Source of the DNA: Octopus sinensis
Lineage: Eukaryota
Direction of reading: 5' to 3'
Length of the DNA: 64,000 bases
Assembly (NCBI RefSeq): GCF_006345805.1
Contig: NC_042999.1
Location: 76,818,001 to 76,882,000, forward strand
Numbering within the stretch: the first letter of the stretch is position 1; each line of letters begins with the position of its first letter. Shown here one piece after another: positions 30,872-44,273 of the stretch. The notes under the pieces were generated by a model. It saw only the letters and a program-made list of their open reading frames with translations. It searched no databases and had not been told where the DNA came from. A program made the translations under genes and the position numbers.

Positions 30872-31170
30872 GAGTGCATGGCTCAGTGGTTAGAGCGTCG
30901 CACCGGGCTGCATGTTGTGATCTTAAGTAAGACACTTTATTTCACGTTGCTTAAGTTCACTCAGCTGTAGAAATGAGTTGCGACGTCACTGGTGCCAACC
31001 TGTATCGGCCTTTGCCTGTCCCTTGGATAACGTCGGTGGCGGGGAGAGGGGAAGGCTGTAAGCAGGGGCGACTGCTGGTCTTCTATAAACAACCTTGCCC
31101 GGACATGTGCCACGGAGGGTAACTTTGTAGGTGTAATCCCATGGTCACTCATGATCGAAGGGGATCGCGA
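30872..31170 (+). mobile_element. tRNA-derived SINE family 3 (B box deleted)
   Basis: A-box head TGGCTCAGTGGTTAGAGCG and a CORE-like CTTAAGTAAGACACTT block. The 3' part is shared with 28262-28350. Confidence 0.7.
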
Positions 31171-31622
31171 CTCGGTGATATATATATATATATATATATA
31201 ATTATTATTATTATTTATATACGTGTAAATATATGTTCTGATGTAACACACATTAGAACTTGTGTATAAATTGGTATTAAACACTCAGTAATTCACTCAG
31301 TAAACATATCAGTCAAATGGTGTTACTACAGAATAAGTCTAAAAGTTTATGAATGTAAGAGAGTGTATGTCACTAAGCTTATGTATTCGTGTGCGTGTGT
31401 GTGTATATATGTGTGTGTGCTTGTATGTGTGTATGTATGTATGCATATATATATATATGTATACATGTATATATATGTTTTATATATATGCATATACATA
31501 CATATATATATATTTATACATACGTATATACATATCTGTATATAAATATATATGCACATGCGTATACATACATATATATATATATATATAATCCAGAGAC
31601 ACAACACACATACATTCCATAA

Positions 31623-31672
<50 letters not shown>

Positions 31673-31794
31673 CAGAGTAAGCACATACATGTGAAACGGT
31701 GTAAAAATTTGTACTCGAATACCGGAGGTAGAGTAATATACTTTATTAATAAAGCTGTAAAGACCTCACAAAAACTCTTACTCACAAACCTTAA

Positions 31795-31866
31795 TACTAT
31801 AGCCTCTGGCCAACCAAAGTCTTGAGTGGATTTGGTAACGGAAATTGAAAGAAGCCCGTAGTATAT

Positions 31867-31922
<56 letters not shown>

Positions 31923-32087
31923 ATATACGACGGGCATCTTTTTAGATTCTCTCTACCAATTCACTCACAAGCTTTGGTCGCCCCGAGGCTATAGTAGAAA
32001 ACACTTGCCCAAGGTGCCACGTAGTGGGACTGAACCAGGAACCATGTGGTTGGTAAGCAAGCTACTTACCACACAGCCACTCCTGCG
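31795..32087. mobile_element. Two SINE family 1 fragments in opposite orientation around (TA)n
   Basis: 31795-31862 is a + fragment; 31927-32087 is the reverse-complement 5' half including the head. Confidence 0.8.
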
Positions 32088-32783
32088 GTATATACAATCA
32101 TTAGCTTACAGCTGTTCTTGCTATAAAATAGAAGCTCCGATAGAGTTACAAGCTGATAGACAAGCACTCAGCTATGGATGCATTGCATCTTAAAGCAGAA
32201 ACACCAGTAAGCTAATGCAGTTAGTTTATTTAATTTCTTATTACGCTCTGTACTCGACTAACGCTTTTTCTGAAGCATATGAAAATTGAGTTCAAAGAAG
32301 ACCAGGTCATTAGTATTGTTATACATAAGCGAAATACATATATATATATATATATATACATACGTGTGTGTGTGTATTTATATATTATATATATTATATT
32401 ACATTATATATAATTTTACGTCTATATTTTTTGCAACGTTAAATACGCTTCCTCATACAAAAATATTTGTCAGACTTGATCACATAAATATATATGTCAC
32501 TAATGTGTGGGCTCCTTATGTTTTTTCATGCGTGTAACATGCCTATTCAACTTTTTCTCTGGCTACGAAATGACATATTTTACATTATTATCATTTTCAT
32601 TTTCAAGAAAATGTAAACGCTTGGTTTGACTAACAAGTTATATGATTATATATATATATATATCTTTTATGTGCCTCAGTCGTTGAAGAATGGTCATAGC
32701 GGAGCAATGCCTTGAATGAATTCACACTAGTACTTGATATATATATATATATACGTGAATATGTTAAATTTAATTATATATAG

Positions 32784-32814
<31 letters not shown>

Positions 32815-34124
32815 ACATATATATATATACCCATGAATATATATATATATATATAACACGGCGCGCATATATGTAATTACATACAAATCTCTACACATAC
32901 ACACGCATATATGTATATACATAGATATATATACATACATATATATACAACACATGTATTAATATATAGATATATATATAAATGTATACATACATATATA
33001 CGCACATGTATAGATATATATTCATACTTTTACACATATGTATACATATATATTCACACATATATACACACCATGTATGTGTATATTATATATATATATA
33101 TATATATATAATGTACATCGAATATACAACAACCCACACGTATGTATGTATGTATGTATGTATGTATGTATGTATGTATGTATATATGTATGTATGTATG
33201 TATGTATAAACTGGCGTCTTCCAGTTACCGTGTGACACTCATAAGTCTTTTGCTCAGCCCGGTTCTATATAGTATGAGTCACTAGACAAAGTTGGACTAA
33301 ACAGTGGGACTGAACGCATAATAGGAAGTAAGTTAGGAAGTAAACTTCTTAAGCACACAAGCATAAAGTCATATATACGTATAGAAAGAGAATAAATATA
33401 TGTACACGTGTGTATATGAGTGTGTGTGTGTGTGGTGTGTGAGAGAGAGAGAGAGTAAAATATACACCATAATATTAGTATGGCTGAAATTAAGCGAAAG
33501 AAGGTACTCAATACTATGAGGTAGAGTAAAGTGACAATTGCTCAAAGTTGAGTCAGTACGACTCATAACTCGCGGTTTTAAGACTCTTCGGGAACGAGAA
33601 ACTCAAAAAAAAAAGTGACACACTTTTGAATATAACGCGCACACATGTTTGTGCGTGTTGCGTGCAAACGAGGAGGAAAACGTATTCAGAATATTTCGTT
33701 GATAACACGGTTGCTATTAAGAATTTCTCCTTATATGCGCACCTTCATCTTTTTTGTCGATTGCAGTATCGCGTTTTGCGAGGAACTCAGAGTAGCCACG
33801 CAATTTTTACATCTACTTCAAACGTGCGTGAGTGCGTGTGTGCGTGTGTTATGCGCGCGCGTTGTGTGCGGAGATTTGTGCGCGAACATATGTGAATGCG
33901 CTTTAATGTAAACATTAGAAAAAGTCATCCGAAGAGTGCCTATATATAGACACATACATCTGCTTAAAATCGATTAATGCACGTGCGTTAATGTAAACAT
34001 TAAACTTTCGTGAGTGGGGGCGAGGAAATTTGCATATTTAGGAGTGTGCATTCGTGTTTGGTGGGGGCTGTATATAAATATATATATATCACTGAGTAAA
34101 ATCGATTTTAATATACGCTGTACA

Positions 34125-34183
<59 letters not shown>

Positions 34184-34195
34184 TATATAGATATA

Positions 34196-34228
<33 letters not shown>

Positions 34229-34620
34229 GGCGCAGAGTGGCTGGTGGTAAGTAGCTTGTTTACCAACCACATGGTCCGGGTTCATTCCCACTGTGTGGCA
34301 CCTTGGCAAGTGTCTTCTCTACTATGCCTCGGGCGACCAAAGCTTTGTGAGTGGATTTGGTAGACGGAAACTGAAAGAAGCCCGTCGTATATATGTATAT
34401 ATATGCGTGTGTGTGTTTGTGTGTTTGTCCCCCTAGCATTGCTTGACAACTGATGCTGGTGTGTTTATGTCCCCGTTACTTAGCGGTTCGGCAAGAGACC
34501 GATAGAATAAGTACTGGGCTTACAAAAGAATAAGTCCCGGTGTCGAGTTGCTCGATTAAAGGTGGTGCTCCAGCATGGCCGCAGTCAAATGACTGAAACA
34601 AGTAAAAGAGTAAAAGAGTA
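34229..34620 (+). mobile_element. Full-length tRNA-derived SINE family 1 (reference copy for this window)
   Basis: A-box-like GTGGCTGGTGG, B-box-like GGTTCATTCCC, CORE-like CCTTGGCAAGTG, internal microsatellite and tail (TAAAAGAG)n. At least 8 related copies occur in the window. Confidence 0.92.
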
Positions 34621-34974
34621 TATATATATATATAAGAGAGACCAAAGTGTACGTACGCCGCTATATACATATATATATATATATATATATTTATTTATAT
34701 GCACACGTACTCAGACAGTTACATGCATTTTTACGTATATTAATACATATATGTCACAATATACTATTTAAATATATATGTACAAAGACATATACAGACG
34801 GACTTGTAAATTATGTTATTTATTTATATAGGAGAGAATGTGTGAATGAGACATATTTCATATGGCTATAAGCCGCATGAAATACATTCCATTCACACAC
34901 TCTCTCGTTTCCTACTAATTGCATATTATATTACATAAATTATTATTCGTACCAACTTGTGTGTGTGTGTGTGA

Positions 34975-35018
<44 letters not shown>

Positions 35019-35529
35019 GAGAGAGAGAGAAACAAAACATAAGACAAACTAGCTAAAATATTTACGATTAAACGTATCTATATATGTTTGTATGCTTGTC
35101 TTTGCAGATATGTATGTGTACGTTTATGTGTGTGTACGTGTGCACGCACTCACACGTACACACATACGCATGTACGTATAAATATAAAGACATACGTATG
35201 CGAGCGCGCACAATGCGCGTTACGTTATAAATATATACATGCATATATATGTGCGTGTGTGTGTGTGCATGTTTATATTCAAAGGAAGAGCTTCTAGCAT
35301 TGCTGCTACTGTGATGACTAAATCAAACAAAACAACTTAAAAAGAAATAGTGAGTGCATGTGTGTGTGAGTGCAATAAAATATACAGTTTCATATTTATG
35401 CATGTACATATGAATATATTTATGTGGTAGAAAGAACAGGTAGCACATTTGATTCTCTTTGATTCTTTGAAAATTCTATGAAAATTTGTGTGTCTGTTAC
35501 TGAGACCATGGTAGCCTTATGGTATTGAT

Positions 35530-36015
35530 TTCTTTACGTAGGTACAATGCCTTAAATTTTGTGGAAGGAAATGGTGGAATATATCGATCTCAGTACATGT
35601 TTGGTATCGAGCCCTAAAGGTTGAAAGCGAAAATGTGAAAGGCACGTTCTGAACTCAGAACTTAAGCATCAAGAGCCGGATGCCCATCGCTCTAGCATTA
35701 TTGTTGATTAAATATTTGCAGTACGGTAGCAAAATATTGTAAAAGCATTTCTGCTTTCATTTCTCTTTTTTTTTTTTTTTTTTGTTATATTATCCACATA
35801 TCCAAGACGGCGAGCTGGCAGAATCATTACAGTATCGGGCAAAAGGAAAACACTTTAACGGCATTTCTTCTGATACCTTTACATTCAGAGATCAAATCTC
35901 AACTTTGCCTTTGGGAGTAAATAAAAAAAAAAAGATTAACAGTCAAGTACTGTGATCGATATAATCGACTTGCACCTCCCCTCAAAATTGGTGGCCTTGA
36001 GCCAAAATTAAAAAA
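35530..36015. mobile_element. Head-to-head pair of SINE family 2 copies
   Basis: 35530-35700 is on the minus strand (degraded); 35808-36015 is on the plus strand, starting GGCGAGCTGGCAGAATC. Confidence 0.65.
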
Positions 36016-36113
36016 CAATGCACTTTATATTATATATATATATATATATATATATGACACATTGTCACATTACATTTACAGATAAATTATTCTATAATAT
36101 ATATATATATAAA

Positions 36114-36155
<42 letters not shown>

Positions 36156-36734
36156 AGAGAGAAGAACAGAGTGTTAAACCATATCTACTCTGCCTTATTT
36201 GAAAACTGCATAAGTGTTGCATGTAGTAGCCGCATGTTTCTATTTATAGAGAAATAACGAAAAATGTACGTATATACATGCCAATGTTTAGGCGCAGGAA
36301 AACGTAAACAAGAAATCTTATAAATATACACAGACACAAAGCCATAGACGTACACACACACACACACGCATCATATACTCAAACACATTCATATACTCTC
36401 GCACACACGCACATACAAGCATTTGTATGTGCGCAGGGGCGTGTGCATATTCACATGCAATAAGCGCATGTTGCGTATATAAATAGAAGCCAACTGAACA
36501 CAGCACATGTTATATATTTATATTTACATATACGTTAAAAAAAAAGAATTATTTGGCTTAATCTGTTCGATTTATATATATATATGGCATCGTAATCGGC
36601 AAGCATTCGAGAATCGAACTACCGGTAAGTTTGGCTAGTATTTCAGATTCGATTGCTGATTGTAATAGATACACGTCACTTAAGTCTAACGTCTTTGAAT
36701 AGGGAGCATCACAAAATTCCTATGATAAAATCGC

Positions 36735-36786
<52 letters not shown>

Positions 36787-36805
36787 TTATATATATATGT
36801 ATGTG

Positions 36806-36849
<44 letters not shown>

Positions 36850-37276
36850 GTATATATTATATATCATAATATATATATATATGTATGTATGTATTATATA
36901 ATGTATATAATATACTATATGTAAATATATTATATATATATATTTATATATATATATGTATGTATGTATGTATGTATATCTAAGCAAGTGAGTGTTTATG
37001 TTTATGCTTAATATAGTTGTGTGTGCATGTGCATAGTTATTGGTGTATGTCTGTATGTGTTTATATGTATATGCGTATGTGTGTGTGTTTGTATGTATGT
37101 ATGTACACATATCTGTATGCACGTATACATTCGTACATACATGTGTCTTTGTATGCCTTTGTGCGTGTGTGTCTGAAAAGATTACTACATATTTAAATAC
37201 ATGTATATGAACTTCGTAATACATTGTGATACGTAAGTGTGTGTATAAAGTAAATACACATTCATAAGTGTATATA

Positions 37277-37470
37277 TGAGGGGATGTCGAAAAGTTCCTG
37301 GCTTTCGATAAAAGATATAATAAAATATAATAGGATCAGTTAATTACGATTTTATTCAACATATCCCCTTCTCAATTCACACACTTATTGCAGCGGTCCT
37401 TCATTTTTTCTAAACCCTATAAAAGAACTCGGAAGCTGGGTCCGCCAACCAGGCCTTTCGCGACAGCAGG
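37277..37470 (-). mobile_element. 3' end of a mariner element with TIR
   Basis: The minus strand encodes AWLADPASEFF..GLEKMKDRCNKCV...G.YVE* (mariner C-terminus, frameshifted). Terminal TA-TGAGGGGATGTCGAAAAGTTCCTGG resembles mariner TIRs. Confidence 0.75.
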
Positions 37471-37485
37471 AACTTGCAGTGCTCT

Positions 37486-37574
<89 letters not shown>

Positions 37575-37801
37575 TAAAAATTGGATAAAATCTTCATAAG
37601 AAATTATCAAGTAGTTAGCGTGAAGAAAACCTCGTAAGAGAAAAATCTGTAAATTTTTTCAACTTGAAAATATTTATTTATATTATATAGAGGGCACTAT
37701 TTTGTTTATTTTGGTAGTTTTAACTTTAAAGTCCTCCTAGCGTGCGGCATTTATGTATAATAGTGCCCCTCTATAATATATATATATATATATATAATAT
37801 A

Positions 37802-37832
<31 letters not shown>

Positions 37833-38047
37833 TATATTAATATATAGGATCTGTTGTATGTGCACACGTGGGTATATGCTTATGTGCACATTTGCCTGAG
37901 AACGTGTGTGTGTGTGTCACTGTATATCTGTTTTTACCATGCTTCTGTGCCTGTGTGTATTTACGTGCGTGTCACTCGTGCAGGTGTTTATTTTGCAGTC
38001 GTACATGCACACGCGCACACACACATTATTGAGAGATCTTCTCTCTC

Positions 38048-38091
<44 letters not shown>

Positions 38092-38493
38092 TCTCAAACA
38101 CAATAACTAACATATTTTTCAGAAGGAAAAAAAATGAGGTGTCTTTGCGATTATCCAGTCCCAAGAATTGTAGTAGAGAAAACAAGAAGTTATTCTCAAA
38201 CCGGAGACATAGGCGTTAATTTTTAGCACATAATATACTCCGCTAAAGACACGCTGAATGTCCAAGTGGTGGTGTTAAACTTGGTGAGGGATGAGGTCTA
38301 CCGCACAAAAACAGGAACGGCCACTCTTGTAGGACGCGACGCAGTTTCCGTTCGTCAAATTTCTTTAGCCAGGCTTTGTTCAACCTGAGGCTAAAAACAG
38401 AGTGACGCGCAATAGAAATGAATTCAAAACTATTTAGTTACTAAGCGAATTTCTTTCTTAATCGCGCAGTCATGCTGCAGTAATTCACTCGCT

Positions 38494-38524
<31 letters not shown>

Positions 38525-39445
38525 GATAAATAAATAAATAAATAAAAAATAAATAAAAGTTCAGAGAGAATAGAGAAAAGTTTGCAGTGATGTGTTGTGT
38601 ACATGAATTATTGATTTCTGAAATTGGTACAAGGTTGCAAATTTGTTGTAGAGGTAGGTGAGGTGTGCGTTACTGTCGATTAACATCGACTCCAACTACC
38701 ACTGTCACTGCCAGCAGTATATGTCAGGTACTACTACTTATTTTAGCGAACACGGAGGAGTGGGGGGAAAAAACCAAAGTGAGCTTAGACAGGGTTCGAA
38801 CTCAGAACGCAAAGGGAAGTAACTAAATACTGACTGACCTGTTGTAATGACTTCTTTTACTGACATAAAGGTGACAAGAAGTTATGATAATGATAATGAC
38901 GATGATGATGGGGGGGGCGATAGCGATGATGATGGCAGTGGCGAAAATGATGATAAATGTTGATGATGATGATGATGATGATTTATTTGCCACAGGAACG
39001 TCGGTTGAGGAGATATTGCAAAGACAAGTTAAATGAAGAATGGATGTTTAAACGAAATCGGATGAAAGAGCGAATGCGATAGAAAATACACATAGCATAC
39101 AAATACATGGAAGATACAGTTCTGATAAAGGAAAACCTCCAACTAGTGCCCTTCACAAGTCCCCACAGATTCAAGATCACCCTGACCACGAAAGGCAAGT
39201 GCCCTCCCCTAATTGTTGTTCTATGAATAATAAAATATATGCGATGCATTCGATTAGATCGACACCAGTACTTCGTGTTCAATTTATCGACCACGAAGGG
39301 TTAAAAGGTAGTAACCACCACGACAGCATAACAAACATGAAATGGATCATAGAACGATAATTATGTAGCATAAAATAACAACGGTATGTACAGAAGATAA
39401 CAAGTGGTAATATAACAACAAATTAATATGCTTAAGTAGACTTAC

Positions 39446-40253
39446 CCGTATAATAGTGCTGCTCCAGCAATGCCTCCTCCAAGTTGCGCAACTGCATAGA
39501 AAAATCCACGAAGAGGTGTGATCTTGCAAGTGAGAGCCATAGCAACTGTGGTAACAGGGTTAAAATGGGCTCCGGATATGTGTCCAAAACACTGGACTAG
39601 CGTGGCCATAATCAGGCCGAAAGAGAGTGCGATGATTAGATAAGCTTGTGCGTCCGAACTGCCTCCAAAATTTACGCCACGATCCATGCCCGTTCGATGG
39701 TCGCCGGCCGAATGAATTCCTGAGGAGTCGACCCTCATGTCGTTGTCCACAGCGGCCTGTACGCGGCCGGTCAAAATCCGAACTTCCGTCGTTACAATAC
39801 AACATTGAACTACATCCAGGCAAAACGTAAAGAAAGGTAACCTAAACATTCACTAATACAGCCCGCCAAGAATTCTATAGTTTTTTATCTCAATACGCAT
39901 CACCATCATTGCCACCTCGATTAGACCCATTTTCGACACGACCTCTGGGGCAGCTGCAGTGCTTTTACATGGGTATACTGAGCCATATTGGCATTCTTCT
40001 TAATTCCCTCCCACATACAGGATGCACCACATCATCCGGACCTCCTGATGGCGGTCCAGCCTCCGTGTTTCGCCTACCGCTGCTGCTGCTGCGGCTGCTT
40101 CGGCTGCTGCTGCTACTACTGCTGCTGGCTGCTGCTTCTCTTGTTGTGGCAACTTGATGAATTGAGACTAATAGGGCCGTCACGACTGCGACTGCGACTG
40201 GCCGCGGGGCCGTCGGCTCGCGTTTCCTTTACAGCAACTAATGGTGGCAGCAT
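39446..40253 (-). CDS. bib: Coding exon 1 of a big brain-like aquaporin (MIP family), copy A; 3' part and splice donor intact, 5' part broken by single-base indels
   Basis: Translates to ...ALSFGLIMATLVQCFGHISGAHFNPVTTVAMALTCKITPLRGFFYAVAQLGGGIAGAALLYG, containing the MIP signature SGxHxNP. Ends at TAC GG|GTAAGT (donor GT at 39445-39444). Merged with copy B it gives one frame from ATG 40253 (MLPPLVAVKETRADG...). The motifs EIKTIEFWRAVISECL, ATLVQCFGHISGAH and GGGIAGAALLYG match Drosophila big brain as I recall it. The start codon is inferred. Confidence 0.85.
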
Positions 40254-40641
40254 GTAAAGGTACGACACTGTGTTAAAGAACGGTCAACACCGTACTGGCT
40301 TTTATTTCCTATTATCTATCTATAATATAACACTCGCTTTTATACAACAACAACGCCCACAGGATATTTACTAATGGCCGGTCTTCAGGCGGACACCCTT
40401 CTCTTTATCATACACACGCATACCAAACACACACATTATATACATACACGCATGCACTATCACACATACACTCACAGAGACACTCACGCACACAACACAC
40501 ACACAGAGACACGCACGCAACACCACACACAAACAATATACTACCTCTCTCACTGTCTGCTTACCCTCTATCTCTCCTCTCTCGTTCAAATACTTTCACT
40601 TACTCATTCAAACACACTTAGCAAGCTAAAACCATCTAATA

Positions 40642-40741
40642 NNNNNNNNNNNNNNNNNNNNNNNNNNNNNNNNNNNNNNNNNNNNNNNNNNNNNNNNNNN
40701 NNNNNNNNNNNNNNNNNNNNNNNNNNNNNNNNNNNNNNNNN
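40642..40741. other. Assembly gap (100 N) flanked by a ~970-bp direct overlap
   Basis: Run of N. 39669-40641 is repeated at 40742-41710, differing mainly by 1-bp indels. Confidence 0.97.
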
Positions 40742-41322
40742 AATTTACGCCACGATCCATGCCTTTCGATGGTCGCCGGCCGAATGAATTCCTGAGGAGT
40801 CGACCCTCATGTCGTTGTCCACAGCGGCCTGTACGCGGCCGGTCAAAATCGAACTTCCGTCGTTACAATACAACATTGAACTACATCCAAGCAAAACGTA
40901 AAGAAAGGTACCTAAACATTCACTAATAACAGCCCGCCAGAATTCTATAGTTTTTATCTCAATACGCATCACCATCATTGCCACCTCGATTAGACCCAGT
41001 TTTCGACACGACCTCTGGGGCAGCTGCAGTGCTTTTACATGGGTATACTGAGCCATATTGGCATTCTTCTTAATTCCCTCCCACATACAGGATGCACCAC
41101 AATCATCCGGGACCTCCTGAGGGCGGTCCAGCCTCCGTGTTTCGCCTACCGCTGCTGCTGCTGCGGCTGCTTCGGCTGCTGCTGCTACTGCTGCGGCTGC
41201 TGCTTCTCTTGTTGATGGCAAACTTGATGAATTGAGCCTAATAGGGCCGTCACGACTGCGACTGCGACTGGCCGCGGGGCCGTCGGCTCGCGTTCCTTTA
41301 CAGCAACTAATGGTGGCAGCAT
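40742..41322 (-). CDS. bib: Second copy (B) of the 5' part of the bib-like exon 1, truncated by the assembly gap
   Basis: ORF 40745-41221 reads ...REAAAAAVAAAAEAAAAAAAVGETRR...MRIEIKTIEFWRAVISECLGTFLYVLLGCSS (N-terminus plus TM1). Near-identical to 39669-40253; the ATG equivalent is at 41322. Confidence 0.75.
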
Positions 41323-42963
41323 GTAAAGGTACGACACTGTTGTTAAAGAACGGTCAACACCGTACTGGCTTTTATTTCATATATCTATCTATATATAACA
41401 CTCGCTTTTATACAACAACAACGCCCAACAGGATATTTACTAATAGGCCGGTCTTCAGGCGGTGACACCCTTCTCTTTATCATACACACGCATACCAAAC
41501 ACACACATATATATACATACACGCATGCACTATCACACATACACTCACAGAGACACTCACGCACACACACACACACAGAGACACGCACGCACACACACAC
41601 AAACACTATACTACCTCTCTCACTGTCTGCTACCCTCTATCTCTCCTCTCGTATACAAATACTTTCACTTACTCATTCAAACACACTTAGCAAGCTAAAA
41701 CCATCTAATATAATCTGTCGAGTTTATTATCAAACTCTCGCCCCACCCTCAATAGACTTACTTTACACACACACACTCTCTCTATATATATATATCTCTC
41801 TCTCTCTCCTTCTCTTTCCTCTCTTCTTTCTATTGCAACAGATACACAGACACAATGTTTTCCTAGTCGCTTTTCTCTTCCTGGTTTCACGTTTGTTACT
41901 TTTTTCTTTCTTTTTTTGTTTTCCTTTTTTTTTTCTTTCTTTCAGGATACTCTCCTCACAGGTGGTTTTCTTATCGGTGCTTCCTCTCCAGATGTCAGCC
42001 TGTATTTACATAAAATTCCATCGCGAGCACAAACTTTATACATGATCCCATGACACGTGACTCACTGGATTTCAATTACCATAATAACAAAAGCCGTTCA
42101 GTTCATTCATTAATAAATATCTCATTAGTTGCATCAATTATACATATATATATCTTTTTTTAGCTTTTTTCCTTCCTTCTTTTTTTTTTAATATTTATGC
42201 AGTAGCAGTTGTTGCTGTTCTTGTGAGGATTTCATAAAACATATATATATGTACACACACACACACACACATACATTACATATTTGCGTGTGTGAGCGTG
42301 CGAGTGTATATTTTGCGTGTGTTTGTTTACATTTGAAAGAATGACAGTCGTTCTTCGTCACAATCAAATTGTTCAGTAATTACGTTTTTCATAATAATTT
42401 AATACCATTATAATTATTTTTTTTTTAAATTAATATCCAAATTCTTTTTTTTTTTATATATATTTTTTCCTCTCGTTTTCTTCCTTTCCTTTCGATAATT
42501 CAATTATTCTGTTTATTAATTTTCCGAGGCAATTTTATAATTTACATTATATTCTTGAAAATATGTAAAAATGTGTGTGATTGTAAGACACAATGTGTGT
42601 GTGTGTGTGGCAAAATGAATGCGTGCGTCATTCAATTTGGTTAATTGTATTTATTATTACATAATAAAATTTATACATTCTGTGTACGTATTTATTATGT
42701 GGAATATTCCTTAAAGTTTATATGTTTTTACTCTTATCTCATTAAATTTTAAATTAAAACACTTTTTTTTCATGCACGTAACTTCCGAACTCAGCATTTT
42801 AAATGTAATTAATGTTGTTGCGTGTGTCTACCGTAGAAACTATTGTCGTTATATATTACGATAGTATTTTTATTGCGTGTTTCAAATGCACAGTCGAACG
42901 CAAATGCGGTGTGCCTTAAGTGCGTGCGGTGTTTGTTGTTGTTATTGTCAGTTGTGGTGGTAA

Positions 42964-42994
<31 letters not shown>

Positions 42995-43125
42995 AGATGC
43001 TTTGAAATCACTAAACGTAAGATATGTGCAGTGCCCTAATATGTATTTACTGAAAGTTGTGTTTGTGTGTGTGCGTGCAAAACTCGGCAGCTACTAATGA
43101 ACTTGTGTGGCTAATAAAATCGTAA

Positions 43126-43171
<46 letters not shown>

Positions 43172-44224
43172 GTTATTATTGTTGTTGTTGTTGTTGTTCC
43201 TTTCGTTCTCTAAGCCTTTCGTTGTTGTTCTACCGGTATCGGATTGCTAGATATCAAGCCGCATCCCACAAAACCTTAGGGTAGCTAACACCTTTTCTTA
43301 TAGTACACCTTTGTCAGTACACAAGAAAAGCTTCTGCATGATATAGCAGAGCAATGTAAGGTGTGTTTACAAATATGCGCTTTTTTTTATTTTTTATTTC
43401 TACTTTTTGCTCTCGGTATGCACACGAAGTCTATGTTTATATTTACAAAGTATGTCTTGGCAGCGTAACAAGATCTCAACTGATTCTTTCTTCTCTCACT
43501 TTTTCATTCCCGATATTGTTTGTTTACGGTTGTTATTGTCAATGAGGCAGATGGGGTTTTTTTTATATTTTTATTCCTGTTTTTACTTATTTATTTTAGT
43601 TGTATTTTATTATGTTTTTACTGATAAGCTTAATTTTTTCTCAAAGGTGTTGTGTATGTATGTACGATAGAAAACTCTACCTACGTCATTTACATACGAG
43701 AGAAGAAATGTGTGATATTATATGGCCTTCATACGTTTCCCAAAGAGCATTTGCAGCATAAGTGAAAAAAAAAAAACAATTGGCTTTAACTGAGAATCGA
43801 AACCTACCTAATTCGTATCAGGGGAAAGTGTTAAAAATTTTGTACCACGGTGCTTACCACAAATACAGCAAATTATTTGCGACGTAGATGAGAAAGTCAA
43901 CAATTTTTAGTCGTTGGTAAATGTGAAGACGTGGAGTTCAGAATTTTTTCATCAAAATTATGCTACATCGCAAGTGAAATTATATCAAGACAGTTTCAGT
44001 GCGCACTGGAAATCGAAACCCTAGACGCTGTATCCAATTTAATTCTACTCGTCGAGAGCTTTAAATGATTTTCGTAACTGCAACTTGGGTTTTTTAATAC
44101 GCGTACATTGTGTATGTCTATGTCCGTGTGTAGGTATATAAGTGTGTGTACGTGTATATTGCTATCTGTATGTGTTGTTGTGTGTATATATTTATGTATG
44201 TGTTAGAGGTGATAGTGTGTGTGT

Positions 44225-44273
<49 letters not shown>

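Noticed and set aside
39669-41710. True tandem bib paralogue or pseudogene
   Set aside because: The duplication abuts the gap exactly and the differences are complementary 1-bp indels typical of read error.
42054-42064. Overlapping E-box (CACGTG) and AP-1 (TGACTCA) upstream of bib
   Set aside because: Short motifs expected by chance, and the TSS is unknown.
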